Part shown: piece after piece, positions 10,441 through 23,200 of the stretch
Numbering within the stretch: position 1 is the stretch's first letter
Layout: every line of letters starts with the position of its first letter
DNA from: Malacoraja senta
Taxonomy: Eukaryota
Assembly (NCBI GenBank): GCA_038087875.1
Contig: CM075987.1
Coordinates: 19,532,001-19,596,000, forward strand
Direction: 5' to 3'
Length of the DNA: 64,000 nucleotides
Translations under genes and position numbers: made by a program
The notes under the pieces: model-generated
Seen by the model: the letters and a program-made list of their open reading frames with translations, nothing else
What the model was told of the DNA's origin: nothing
The model's database searches: none

Positions 10441-11819
10441 ATATGCCCAACTGTCCTGAAGGTTACCCCCCCCACCCGATGTTGAGCGTCTACCACTCTC
10501 AACAATCAACGAATGTCGTGAAATGCTCCCCACCTATTGGCACAAGGGACTTCTTAACATCTTGTCCTGTGTATTTGATTCTGAAATAAGTTAATCTTCG
10601 TCTCATCTGTCTACAAGACCTTTTTCCAGAACTGTGGTTGCTCTTTTAAGTACTTCTTGGCAAACTGTAACCTGGTCATCCCATTTTTGCAGCTAACCAG
10701 TGGATTACATCTTGCAGTGTAGCCTCAGTATATCTGTTCATGAAGTCTTCTGCGGACAGTGGTATTGACAAATCCACAGCTGACTCCTGAAGAGTGTTTC
10801 TGATCTGTTGGACAGGTGTTTGGGGATTTTTCTTTATTATAGAGAGAATTCTTCTGTCATCAGCTGTGGAGGTCTTCCTTGGCCTGCCAGTCCCTTTGCG
10901 ATTAGTAAGCTCACCAGTGCTCTCTCCTTAATTATGTTCTAAACAGTTGATTTTGGTAAGCCTGTTTGGCTGATGTCTCTGACAGTTTTACTCTTGTTTC
11001 TCATTCTCATAATGGCTTTTTGGACTTTCTTTGGCACAACTTTAGTCCTCATGTTGATAAACAGCAATAAAAGTTTCCAAAGGTGATGGAAAGAATAGGT
11101 GCTGAGAGCTCTCTTATACCTGCATTAAGGAGGCATTTAAACACACCTGAGCAATTACAAACACCTGTGAAACCATGTTTCCCAAGCATTATGGTGCCCT
11201 GAAATTGGGGGGACTATGTATAAACACAGCTGTAATTTTTACATGGTGAAGCAAATGTATAAAAATACCCTTTAATAAAATATGACAATGCACTGTAACT
11301 ACATGTGATTTTTTTCTATTACAAATCTCCAATTGTGGAGTACAATTCTATTACAAATCACAAATTGTGGCAAATAAATAAATGGGTCTTTTTCCTAAAC
11401 ATTATGGAGGGCACTGTAGATTTCTAGTTTGATTTAGAAGAAGCAACAAACAGATCCTGATTGACATCTGTTCATTGAAAGTAGAACATTTTGCCTTCAA
11501 GTAAAGGCGACATCTTTAAAGGATTCAAACTGCCAATTGATAGAACGTTCGTGCCCACAATGTCAAATCATTGATGAAAACTATCAGGCCTTAGAGATGT
11601 GGTCTGTTTCCATTCACCAACTGTAGAACACGGTGAAGGACAGTGGACACACATTGGGCGGTGGACAAGTACAAAACAAACTAGGTGAAGATGCAGACCA
11701 AATGCGTTTACTCTTGGATAGGTCAGGGGAAAGCAGGAGCCAGACTCCAAGAATGAGACTGCAACAGTAAGAGAGCTGCAAGACTATCTCAAGAAGTATT
11801 AAAGGTGAAGCATCCAGGA

Positions 11820-12428
11820 CTTCATTAACTTCACCACCAATTTCCATCCTATACTCAAATTCACTTGGACCATCTCTGACACCTCTTTCTGCGCCCCCCT
11901 CGAACTATTGACTGTTATAAACCTACTGACTCCCACAACTATCTAGACTGCACTTCTTCCCACCCTACTTCCTACAAAGACTCTATCCCCCTACTCCCAA
12001 TTCCTCAGTCCACGCTGCATCTGCACCCAAGATGAGGTATTCCATTCCAGGACATCTGAGATGCCCTCATTCTTTAGGGAACGGGGGTTCCCCACTTCCA
12101 TCATTGATGAGGCCCTCATACGTGTCTCCTCGTTCCCCCTCATCTCCGCTGTTACTTCCCGCCTAGTCACAACAGGGACAGAGTCCCCCTAGTTCTTGCT
12201 TTTCACCCCATCAGCCGTCGCACACAACACACAATCTTCCAACATTTTTGCCACCTCCAACGGGATCCCACCACTAGTCACATCTTCCCTTTTCCGCAAA
12301 GAACCTTCCCTCCGCAACTCCCTAGTTAAATCATCCCTTCCCATCCAAACCACCCCCTCCCCAGGTACCTTCCCCTGCAACCGCAGGAGATGCAACACCT
12401 GTCCATATACCTCCTCATTCAACTCTGT
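11820..12428 (+). mobile_element. Penelope-like element fragment (RT C-terminus and linker)
   Basis: YKPTDSHNYLD-like and TPSPGTFPCNRRRCNTCPY segments; paralogous to 59640-60290. Confidence 0.7.
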
Positions 12429-12581
12429 CGGTCTTAGCGATAGTGTGAAAACAGGCCCTTCGACCCAACTCGCCCACAGCAGCCAACAATGTCCCAGCTA
12501 CACTAGTCCCACTTGCCTGCGCTTGGCCCATATCCCTCCAAACCTGTCCCATCCATGAACCTGTCTAATTGTTCCTTAAAC

Positions 12582-15414
12582 CGCTACCGTCGCCGAGCCG
12601 CAGGCTGGAGACCGGGGTAAGCGCCAGTGGTGCTTTTATCACCTCCACTGGGGCGCTGAGGCCCGCCGATGCCGTCCCCCCTTGCAAGTTTTCGGGAAAC
12701 GCCTCGGCCGATCGTCAGTAGGGGCTATCGGGATCGGTCAAAACAACCGCCTCTACGTGCGCGACTGCCACTCTGGACTTTGTTTCCTGGTGGACTCTGG
12801 GGCCATCGTGAGCATCCTCCCCCGGACTGGGCTGGACACCCGTGCTGGTATGCGTGGCCCTGTCCTGACTGCCGTCAACCTCAGTACTATCCGCGCCTAC
12901 GGCACGCGGTCCCTATCCCTAACCTTCGACTCCCGCCCGTACATATGTACCTTTACCGTCGCTGATGTGCCACTTGCTGCTCCTGGGCGCTGACTTCCTT
13001 CGGGACTTTTCCCTCATGGTGGACGTACGGGGCGGGCGCCTCATTCTTACGTGACCCTGCGACCCACGGCAACACCCTGTTCGCAGCGGAACGCGGTGGC
13101 TGAAGTTGAGGGCCCGTATGCTCCCTGCTAGCGGAGTTCCGAGCTCCTCACCCCTCGTTCCCGCGCAGCGGCTCCCAAGCACGGGGTGGTGCACCCACCG
13201 CAGGACCGCCATTGCATGCTCGGGCGTGCCGGCTCCCACCCTACAAGCTGTGCATCGCCAGGGAAGAATTCCAGCTGATGGAGGACATGGGGATCGTGCG
13301 GCGCTCGGACAGCCCGTGGGCATCCCCATTGCACATGGTCCTTAAATCATCTGGGGGGTGGAGACCATGCGGGGATTACAGGCGCCTGAACGCCGTTACG
13401 ACCGCGGACCGCTACCCGGTCCCACATATACAGGACTTTTCGGCCCATCTGGAGGGCGCTACCTATTTTTTTTTTAAGGTGGACCTGGTCTGCGGTTATC
13501 ACCGGATCCCTTTTCGCCCGGACGATGTGACCAAGACAGCCACCATCATCCCGTTTGGGCTTTTTGAGTGGCTCCGTATGCCTTTTGGTTTGAAAAACGC
13601 AGCGCAGGCGCTCCAGCGTCTAATGGACATGGCGGTCGGGGATTGAACTTTATTTACATCTACCTAGATGACATCCTGGTTGCGAGCCGCTCCCAACAGG
13701 AACACCTCACACACCTGCGGACGCTGTTCCAGCGGCTTCAAGACCATGCACTTGTCGTCAATCCCGCAAAATACCAGTTTGGCCTCCGCACTATTTCGTT
13801 CCAGGGGCACGTCACCTCACAAGCGCCACCCCATTGCCCTCTAAGGTGGAGGCCATCCGGCAGTTCCCCAGGCTGCTCACTGTGAAAGGGCTACAGGAGT
13901 TTGTCGGTATGGTCAACTTCTACCACTGTTTCGTGCCGGCAGCGGCCAGAATCATGCGCCCCTCTTCCAGTGCCTCGCTGGTAAGCCACGGGAACTCGGA
14001 GGCCGCGTTCGAGGGTGTGAAAGCGACGCTAGGTGGAGCCACCATGCTGGTTCACCCGCGGGCCACGGCCTCAACGGTTCACCCGCGGGCCACGGGCTCA
14101 ACGGTTCACCCGCGGGCCACGGCCTCAACGGTTCACCCGCAGGCCACGGGCTCAACGGCTCTCATGCCTCCGATTCGGCTGTGGGCAGGGAGTTGGAACA
14201 GCTCATTGATGGCCGCTGGCAGCCGCTAGCCTTTTTCAGCCGTCAGCTGAGGCCCCCCGAGCGCAACTACAGTGCATTTGACCACGAGCTCCTTGCCTTC
14301 TACCTGGCCATCCAACACTTTCGCTACTTCCTGGAGGACAGGCCGTTCACGGCCTTTGCCGACCACAAGCCCTTGACGTTCGCCTTGGCCAAGGTGTCCG
14401 ACCCATGGTCCGCTTGGCAGCAACACCTGGCATTCGTCTCGGACTTTACGACGAACGTGCAGCATGTGGCCGGGAAGTGCAACACGGTCGCCGACGCCCT
14501 GTCCCTGCTGTGGACCACGGTGTGGATTACGGGGAGTTTGCTGCAGCACACAGAGCGGACGACGGGATGGCGGACTACAGGACGGCCGCTTCAGGATTGC
14601 GGTTGGCTGACGTTCCATTCGGTCCCACGGGAGCGTTGGTGCTGTGCGACGTATCCATCCATCCATGGCCTGGCCCACTCTTCAATCCGGGCAACTTCCG
14701 CGCTGGTGGCGGACAAATTCATCTGGCAGGGCCTCCGCAAACAGGTCGCGGCTTGGCCTAGATCCTGCGTCCCCTGCCAGACATCCAAGGTGCAACGCCA
14801 TGTGCGGGCCCCGGTGCAAGACTTTGTGGTTCCCTTGGGCCGCTTCCTTCACATCCATGTGGATTTAGTGGGCCCGTTGCAGCCATCTCGCGGCGCCACG
14901 CATCTCCTCGTGGTTGTGGATTGGTTCACGAGGTGGCCTGAGGCTATTCCGCTGTCGGACACCTCCGCCGCGTTTTGTTCCTGGGCCCTCGCGGCCAATT
15001 GGATAGCTAGGTTTGGGGTTCCGGCAGACATTTCCACCGACCGGGGGACTCAGTTCATGTCCTCGTTATGGGCTTCGCTGGCGAAGTTATACGGGGCGCA
15101 GTTGCACCACACCACTGCCTATCACCCCCAGGCAAACGGGCTCGTGGCGCAGTTCCACCGCCACTTGAAAGCGGCACTGAAGGCACGGCTCACGGGCCCG
15201 GACTGGGTCGACCGGTTGCCTTGGGTGCTCTTAGGCTGGCACGGTCACATGAATGTGGGAGCTTCTTCGCAGATTTTTTCTGTAACCGTTCATTCTAGCG
15301 CCAAGCGAATAGATTACACATCGTTAAAATTTGGCTATCTCGACTCGGGTGACTACTTTGTTTGCGTTTCAAAATAAAGAATTTTTGCATACTTTAACAT
15401 CTCGACTGGCCAAA
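12582..15414 (+). mobile_element. Degenerate Gypsy (CsRN1-like) pol region and partial 3' LTR
   Basis: LVDSGA protease, SPWASPLHMV/DYRRLN/YLDDILV RT, RNase H (DHKPL), integrase (HIHVDLVGP, TDRG, YHPQANG); many frameshifts. LTR portion 15236-15414 matches 62968-63150 and is followed by TSD gtag. Confidence 0.9.
14049..14158 (+). repeat. 27-bp minisatellite x4 inside Gypsy pol (in frame, HPRAT[A/G]STV)
   Basis: Unit ggttcacccgcgggccacgg[c/g]ctcaac, with the two variants alternating. Confidence 0.95.
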
Positions 15415-15418
15415 GTAG

Positions 15419-16029
15419 AATAATGAATTCTGAAGTGTATCGACACAACCTATCTGCTCAAGTTCAAACAAATGTCTCAAAACTCATTGGCCAGCGGTTC
15501 ATTCTACAGCAAGACAATGATCCCAAACATACTGCTAAAGGAGTTTTTCACAGCTAAATAATGCTTGAGTGGCCAAGTCAATCACCCGGTCTGAACCCAA
15601 TTGAGCATGCTGATGAGAAAACTGAAGGGGACTAGCCCCCAGAACAAGGATAAGCTAAAGATGGCTACAATACAGGCCTGGCAGAGCATCACCAGAGAAG
15701 ATACCCAGCAAATGGTGATGTACATGAATCGCAGACTTCAAACAGTCATTGCATGCAAAGTATATGCAACAAAATACTAAACATGACTACTTTTATTTCA
15801 TCTGGCTGTCCCAAACATTATGGTTCCCTGAAATGTGGATACTATGTGTAAGCACTGCTGTAATTTCTACACGGCGAAACCAAAATGTGTAAAAATGGCC
15901 TTTATTAAAATGTGACAATGTGCACTTGAATCACATGTGATTTTTTTCTATTACAAATCTCAAATTGTGGAGTATAGAGACAAATAAATAAATGATGGGT
16001 TTTTGTCCCAAACATTAGGGAGTGCACTG
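15419..16029 (+). mobile_element. 3' half of a Tc1-family transposon; its 5' half is seen in the paralogous block at 62115-62917
   Basis: [16 protein letters not shown] segments; right terminus cactg|TA at 16029; begins directly after LTR plus gtag. Confidence 0.85.
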
Positions 16030-17005
16030 TAAATTTATAATGTTCCACCACCCCAGCACCAGTCATTTTAGATCCAAATTGCTTTAGAAATGCAATTCAC
16101 ACAAAAATTCCAAATGAAAAAAATCTGAGAATCACATGGTGGATTTTTTTTTTTTTTAACAAAACCTCTTTACAGTGGAAAAAATGTAGTTAAAAATATC
16201 AGACTTTTCATGTTTTACCAAGTAACATGTATTTATTTTAATCATGAGCCTGTCACATAATTGGACACTATAACAAAGTAATAAGATTATTCTGGTATCT
16301 GTATGAAATATTTTGTATAGTAAAAGTAATTGCTAAAACAGACACTATTTGCCTTTTTAGGAAAACGTATCTATCTTAACTGGCCTTAGTTAAAAAAAAT
16401 ATACACTTTACATGATTTGACCTGTAAAAATTTTGACACAAAAATATCAGTAAAGGCAAAACAAGAAAATTGTTGAACAAAAATCCCATGTTGGATATGC
16501 TTTTTCACATTTCCTACGAAGGAGAAATTGAGTACCTTGTGCATCAATGGATCGTTAGTGCATTGCAAAATAAATTAGTTTCTTCTCGTTGTCATTTGTT
16601 TAAGTGGGACGGTGGGATTAAACTTGAACATAATACATTGCTGATTTATTTGCAGGGTTCCTTCGTCAAGAGCATTTACTCAATTTTAAATTTAACACAA
16701 AAAGTGTATTTTTCAAAGAAGTGCAATGGCTCAATCTATGCAATCTATCAAGCTATGCAATCATTTTCAACTAATTACTTCCCTACTGTATGTATGTAAA
16801 CATGTGTGAAATTTTCAATCTTTAAATAGCAGCTTAAAATCACTACAGGAACAAACTGGCAAATTCAGATAGATTCAAATAGCGCGATCCCCAGGTAAAT
16901 ACATCAACTGCAGCAATCAATGACCCCATTAATTTTATTTTTTTTATTAAAAAAGTGTCCAGTGTCAAAAAGCAAAATATATTCAATTAAAAAAACACAC
17001 ACATT

Positions 17006-17250
17006 CTACAAGTAAAAATCCACCTTGGTGGCTACGGTTTTGCAGCCTTTGTCTGAATAGATCTTTTCATTTTCTGGGAAGTATGTCATTTCATCAGCTA
17101 CAGCAGTAATAATTTCCTCATCCGCATGATAACCCCTGGCTACCAGTTCTTCCTTGATACACAACTTGACATGTTTATATTCCAGAGGAAGGAATGGGAC
17201 AAAGTAGTCAATCACGTTTCTATCAATGAGGCTGGTGTGCCAGAATCCAC
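17006..17250 (-). CDS. TOR1A: Torsin exon 5
   Basis: TAG|GT GGA TTC TGG encodes [30 protein letters not shown]...VADEMTYFP...[16 protein letters not shown]. Confidence 0.95.
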
Positions 17251-20200
17251 CTATCCAATTGAACAAAAATACATTAGTTTACAAAGATCACATCAGGCAA
17301 AGCATCAAAATCATACAGCCATTCATATCTGAACTCGGATTATGTACCATTTCAATTTGCATGGTTTTAAAATTCTTCATTACCCTAAACACATCACAAT
17401 CTACGTAATCTTGACTAAACCATAAATCCGTCAGGATCTCTAGATCACCAGCTCTGGTCTTGCATAATTGTTCCACCATTTGTTCAGCTACCAGCATCCT
17501 CCAGTTCCTTCCCTTAACCTCTGCCTTTAAGATGCTTCATTGACCAATCATTTAGTCACCTGTGCGATTACCATTATGTGACTCAGTTTCAAACTTTTAT
17601 TGGTGAAGAATTTTTATCGAAATTACAAATTTTATAGAAGTGAAGCCTTTCCAATAATTTACAAGCTTCAAGCTCCTGCTGCTCTGAATTAGCCTTCAAC
17701 CAAACATTGTGGAAACTTAGCAATAAATGTCTGTGCTCCTGAGACTACAAGAAGAAAAGGCAATCAGTCAGTGCAGCAACCTTTGATGGAAAACAAATAA
17801 AACTGTAGATGCTGAAATCTGAAACAAAGGCAGAGATGCTAGAAGAACTCAAGCGTTATCTGTGGAAAGATAAACCAGTCAACATTTCCAGTCAGTGATC
17901 CTTCCTCAGAACAGAACTTTCAGCACTTTGATTACCCTCAAGTAGTCAATACTGGAAAGCACATAAATGCAAACAGCAAGCATGTCAGAATAGAATTAGA
18001 TGCATGCAGCTCCCAAAATGAGCATGTCAAACCTGTATAAAGAATGTCATAGATGTGCACTGGTAACTAGAATACTCATGGAAGTGGAAAAAGATATGAA
18101 CAGATAAACAAAGGCACAATGTTCAAAAATTGGAAACAAATAAAACAAAATTTAAAATTAAGAAATTTATCACTTTTATTACCTATAGTCAATAACCCTT
18201 CGTTTAGTCCTTCTATTATAGATAAAGCTTATACACAATGGGATAGACTAGGAATTAAAACGTTTGGTGACTTGTATGAAACTGGAAAATTACTTTCATT
18301 TCAACAATTACAAATAAAATATAAACTCGGAAATAATCAATATTTTAAATATTTTCAAATATGCGACTATTTGAAAAAATATACAAAAGATCATTATAAT
18401 AACCCAGTAGATGTATTGGACGAGGCAATGCAGATAAAAGCGGAATCAGCAAACTTAATATCATATTTGTATAATATTATTTTAAATGTACAAATACCAC
18501 CTACGGAGGGTATCAGAAGAGACTGGGAACAAGAGTTAGCTATTAAAATTTCAAAGGAAAGTTGGAATGAATACTTATTAAACGTGCATAAATGCTCGAT
18601 TAATGTAAGACACACTTTAATACAATTTAAAATTTTACATAGATTATATTATTCGAAAACTAAAATTCATAACATTTTCCCAAATGTATCATCTATTTGT
18701 GATAAATGTCAACCCCAAGAAGCTACTATAGCGCACTCATTCGTCTTCTGTACAAAAATTCAAAAATTTTGGAATGACATTTTTGAAATCTTTACAAAGT
18801 TATTTAAAACAAGACTGATACCCAAAGCAGAATGGATTATCTTCGGAATAACGGAAGATGATCCAGAACTAAATGTGTTTCAAAAGAAATTAATGGACTA
18901 TGGGTTAATAACTGGAAAAAAGCTAATTCTAAAATTTTGGAAGAAGGCTCCAATACCAACTATAAATATGTGGATTTCAAATATGTTTGAAACATTACAC
19001 CTAGAAGAGATAGGACTCCTCCTAGCAGGTAAACCAGATCACTTCCACCTGACGTGGTCTGCATTTATAGAATTATTACAAACATAGGGTGCAAAAGTAC
19101 TTTAAAAAAAATAAAAAATTGAGGTCAGGTAAGGGGGGATGACAGTTGAAGAGTTGGTATGTCCTATTTACGTAATACTCAAAAAAAAATTTTTTTTTTT
19201 TCTTTTTTTTTCCTCTCTTTCTCTTTTTTTTCCTAGGGCCTATCTCTTAACTCTTTTTTTTTTTTGTTTTTAATTTCGCTCTTATAGGGTCTTCGTCCTT
19301 TTTTGTTGTTACATTTTCTACACTTTTCTACACTTTCACTTTTTCCTTCACTTTCTTCTTTCTTTCAATCTTTTCCTTTTCTATTGTAAAAAAAAATAAA
19401 AATAAAGGGAGTACATTAATTGTAAGTAGATACAAATGACGAGTATTAATGTATGTGGTTGTAATGTAATGTACTTCTAATAAATAAAAATTAAAAAAAA
19501 AACAAAAACAAAAAAAAAAAACAATGTTCAAAAACGTCTAGCATAGCCTTCATAAAATTGAGAAGGATGTTTAGTTTAGTTTAGAGATACAGCAAGGAAA
19601 CAGTCCTTTCGGCCCACCAAGTCCCCGCCGACCAACGCTCACCCATACACCAGTTCTATCCCACACACTAGGGACAATTTACAGACGCCAAATCATCTAC
19701 AAACCCGCACCTCTTTGGAATGGGGGAGGAATGTACAAACTCCATACAGACAGCACCGTAATCAGGATCAAACCCAGGTCTCTGACACTGTACGGCAGCA
19801 ATTTTACTGCTGCGCCACTGTGCCGCCACAATGGTTGTACAGATTTCCAATTGGTGAGCATATTTTGTTCCAGTGTTTTTCACTGCACATTCCTCATTTT
19901 AAGCAAAAAAGTATATATTTCACTGGCTTCCCATTTCCCACCGGATTACCTACAAAATCCTGGTCCTCACCTACAAAGCCCTCAACAACCTGGCCCCCCC
20001 TTATCTCATTGACCTCCTCTCCCCCTACCAACCCTCACGGTCCCTCAGATCCACATCAGCTGGTCTCCTCTCCACTCCGAAATCAAACCTCTGCACTTTT
20101 GGAGGCAGAGCCTTCTCCAGGGCAGCTCCCAGGCTCTGGAATTCCCTCCCACAACCGGTCCGAAATTCTGAGTCCCTCACCATCTTCCAGTCCCGCCTCA

Positions 20201-23200
20201 AGACCCATCTCTTCATCTCTGCATACCCTTAGTCCCATGTTCCCCTACCCTTTGTCTTACTGCTCTATTTTGTTTTGTTTATTCCTGACTCTCAATGTAA
20301 AGCGACTTTGAGTCCTGAAAAGCGCTATATAAATAAAATCTATTATTATTATTATTATATTAATCAAATTTTACAAAGAAGATTCCAATAATTCCAAGTT
20401 GAACCAGTGCAGCTCATTTCAAACTTCCAAAATTTAGCATACATACTTACTGTTTTTGTTATTGAAGACTTCGATAGACAGTTTACGGTCAAGATCTTTC
20501 AATTGAATTTCCTCCCTTTTGCTTCCTCTGTGCCAAAAGTCCAGTGCAATCTCAGTAATCCTCTCTCCACCGGCATTGCTGTTCACAACAAACAATAGTG
20601 ATTTTTAACAAAGAACCAAACACTAGCTGGCATAGGCTTAAGGTGAGAGGGGAGAGATTTATGGGGCAAAATTTTCACTTGGAATATAGTCTTATGTAGA
20701 ATGAGCTGCCAGAGGAAGCTGTAAAAGTGTAAAAAATGATGCCTTTTAAAAGACATTTGGACATCTATATGGATAGGAAGGTTTTTGAGGGCTACAGGCC
20801 AAATGCAGGCCAACAGGACCAGGCCTGTATACCAACTTTGGTCAACATAGACATGGTGAACCAAAAGGCCAGTTTCATGCTGTGCAGCTCTATGACAAGT
20901 CACAAAGGGTATCCTCTGGAGCTTGTAGGCTTTAATACACCTCAACTCAACAAAACATAACTACCCCATCCTTCTCAAGCATTTCTCCATCATGAGGCTC
21001 CAGAGAATTTATCATGAAATCTCTGATGGCATCTCACTGTAGTACTGATGAAGTGATGGAACAGTTAGAGATGTCGTCTTTGAAATAAATGTTAAATATG
21101 CCCTCCAAGCTGATTGTCGAATGTTCTATTGTGTTATTTTGCAGATGACCAGGGAAGCTCCCTCCCGTGTCCTGACCAATACAAATCCCACAATCAATTT
21201 CAGGCAGAGAAAAGATCTGACTAATTATCAAATGTGTTTGTGGGAGCTGTTATGCTCAGATCAGCTGCCCTGCTTCCTATGGGCAGCACAGTGGCATAGA
21301 TATGAGATCTCCTGCTTCAGCACCAGTTGCCCAAGTTCAAATTTGATTGGGTGCTGACTGTGTGGAGCTTACATCCTTTCCTGTGACAACGAGTTTCTCA
21401 CTGGGGTCTCAGATTTTCTCACACATCCCAAAAATGTGCCGCATACTGAGTTGGATGATCAGCCATGATCATATTGAATGGCGGTGCAGGCTCGAAGGGC
21501 CGAATGGCCTACTCCTGTACCTATTTTCTATGTTTCTATGTTTGCTTAATTGGCCTTGCGTGGGGTTGGGTGGTAGAACCTGGAGGGAATTAATGAGAGT
21601 GTAGGTGAATAGGGAAAATTAGTGGGGGGGGGGGGGGGGATGGGACTGTTCTGACTGGTCATAGGTTCGATAGGTTAAAATAAACTCCTTCCATTAGGAA
21701 ATATGGAAATTACCACTTCCAAGGTATTTCATGGACTGTATAGTATTCTGGTCAGTATTATATAACAAGATATTACATGAATGCAAGTTCATTCTTATTC
21801 TTTAAGAATGCTTGTTTGGTGCTCAGGGGCTATGGTAAGAAGGCAGGAGAATGGGATTGAGAGGGAAAGATAGAGCAGCCATGATTGAATGGCAGAGTAG
21901 ACGATGGGCTGAATGGCCTAATTCTGCTCCTAGAACTTATGAACAAACACAAATATAGGTCTTGAAGTTTAATTTGAACATCATGTAAAATGGCATGCTT
22001 CAGTTGTTGCTCAGCTCTTAGACCACTGTTTGCTTTGTTGTCTGTTGTTCTATAATGACTGATCATGCATTACATTTATTCCCTCCATTATAATTTCAAT
22101 AGCATTTACAATATATGTCAACAAAGCCTTCAGTAAATGTGCAATAAAATAATGTACCCAATTACATTTCTATTTCAAATTCAGTATTTTCATTCCTTAA
22201 AGTTGATGATAGACTTTGTTCATGCGGTTCACTATAAATATATCTTTTACCTCAGAAAAATAAAAATCGCCTTCCTGTACACCACTCCATCAATGTTATC
22301 ATAGTACTCCAAATAAGGCTTAATGGCATCAATAAGGCCTGCTTGCATCTTGTCCATTTCATCAAAAATGAACATGGACCTGTCACAAGTGGACACATTA
22401 CCACGGATCCATTTCTGCAGCTGCTCCTAAGGATAGACATTTATTTTGTATGAAATATATTCACAGAACAACTCTTCACCACACCACCACAAATCCCCAA
22501 ACGCACCTATTCTCAACACAAACACTGTTTCATACAGCATCACTGAGATGATTATATATTATCCCCAAGTCAGGGTTGATTGATATTACAGGACTTTGCC
22601 TCATTGTGGCAGGAACAAAAGTCACTATAAATAATTGGTTGGCTGCTGAAGGCGAGTAAACTTGACACTTGATATGCATGTATTGTTATGTAGCTGTCTG
22701 GTGAAGCAAGAAATGTAAGTACAGAAGAGGGTTAGTTTGGTCGATTCTGCCTGTTTCACACCATAAGAGAAACAATATTATCTCCACTTGAATCACCCAC
22801 TCCTACATATAGAAATGTTTCAAATACATGGTTATGCTTATTACTACCAAACTTTTGGATATTGCTGCTTCTTATAAGCATCTCTGTTGTCGTTGATGCC
22901 ATTTCCATGAAGAGACTAAAGAACAATTTATTCCACAATTCCTTTAGCTGTGGGGCAACCATTTTTAAGGATGTAAATACAGTATCAAGGAGCATCCAGT
23001 AAATTAATATGCACTCAAGTCAATAAACTTCACATGAATTACAAATTTAAGCAGAAGTAGTCCGCAATGTAACCAGAATCATTATTTGGAGGCAAATGGT
23101 CTGATTTAATGTGCTACCCATTCCCAATTTCTTTCCTACATCTGCCAAGGTCCACCTCCAAAGCACCGTACCAGTTCCAATACCTCTCAGAATGTACCTA

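Larger units (their letters stand above)
6975..10579 (+). mobile_element. HERO-clade (R2/NeSL group) RLE non-LTR retrotransposon, near full length, 77-bp TSD
   Basis: A single long ORF plus 3' UTR, flanked by direct repeats 6898-6974 and 10580-10656 (1 mismatch); the paralogous Tc1 at ~56322-56398 has one copy. Confidence 0.9.
6157..11416 (-). mobile_element. Degenerate Tc1-family transposon with long TIRs, interrupted by the HERO element
   Basis: VKHxGGGVMAWAC, QQDNDPKH and SPDLNPIE-like DD34E segments; terminus ...gggcactg|TA at 11416. Confidence 0.85.

Noticed and set aside
10320..10445. Box C/D snoRNA or SECIS reading of the TGATGA motif in the HERO 3' UTR
   Set aside because: Box order and terminal stem do not fit and the ORF has no internal TGA; the hammerhead pairing explains more of the nucleotides.
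17085..17100. DYT1-like change at the torsin EE site (VADEMT versus human VAEEMT)
   Set aside because: It is a conservative substitution with no deletion, so helix length is preserved.
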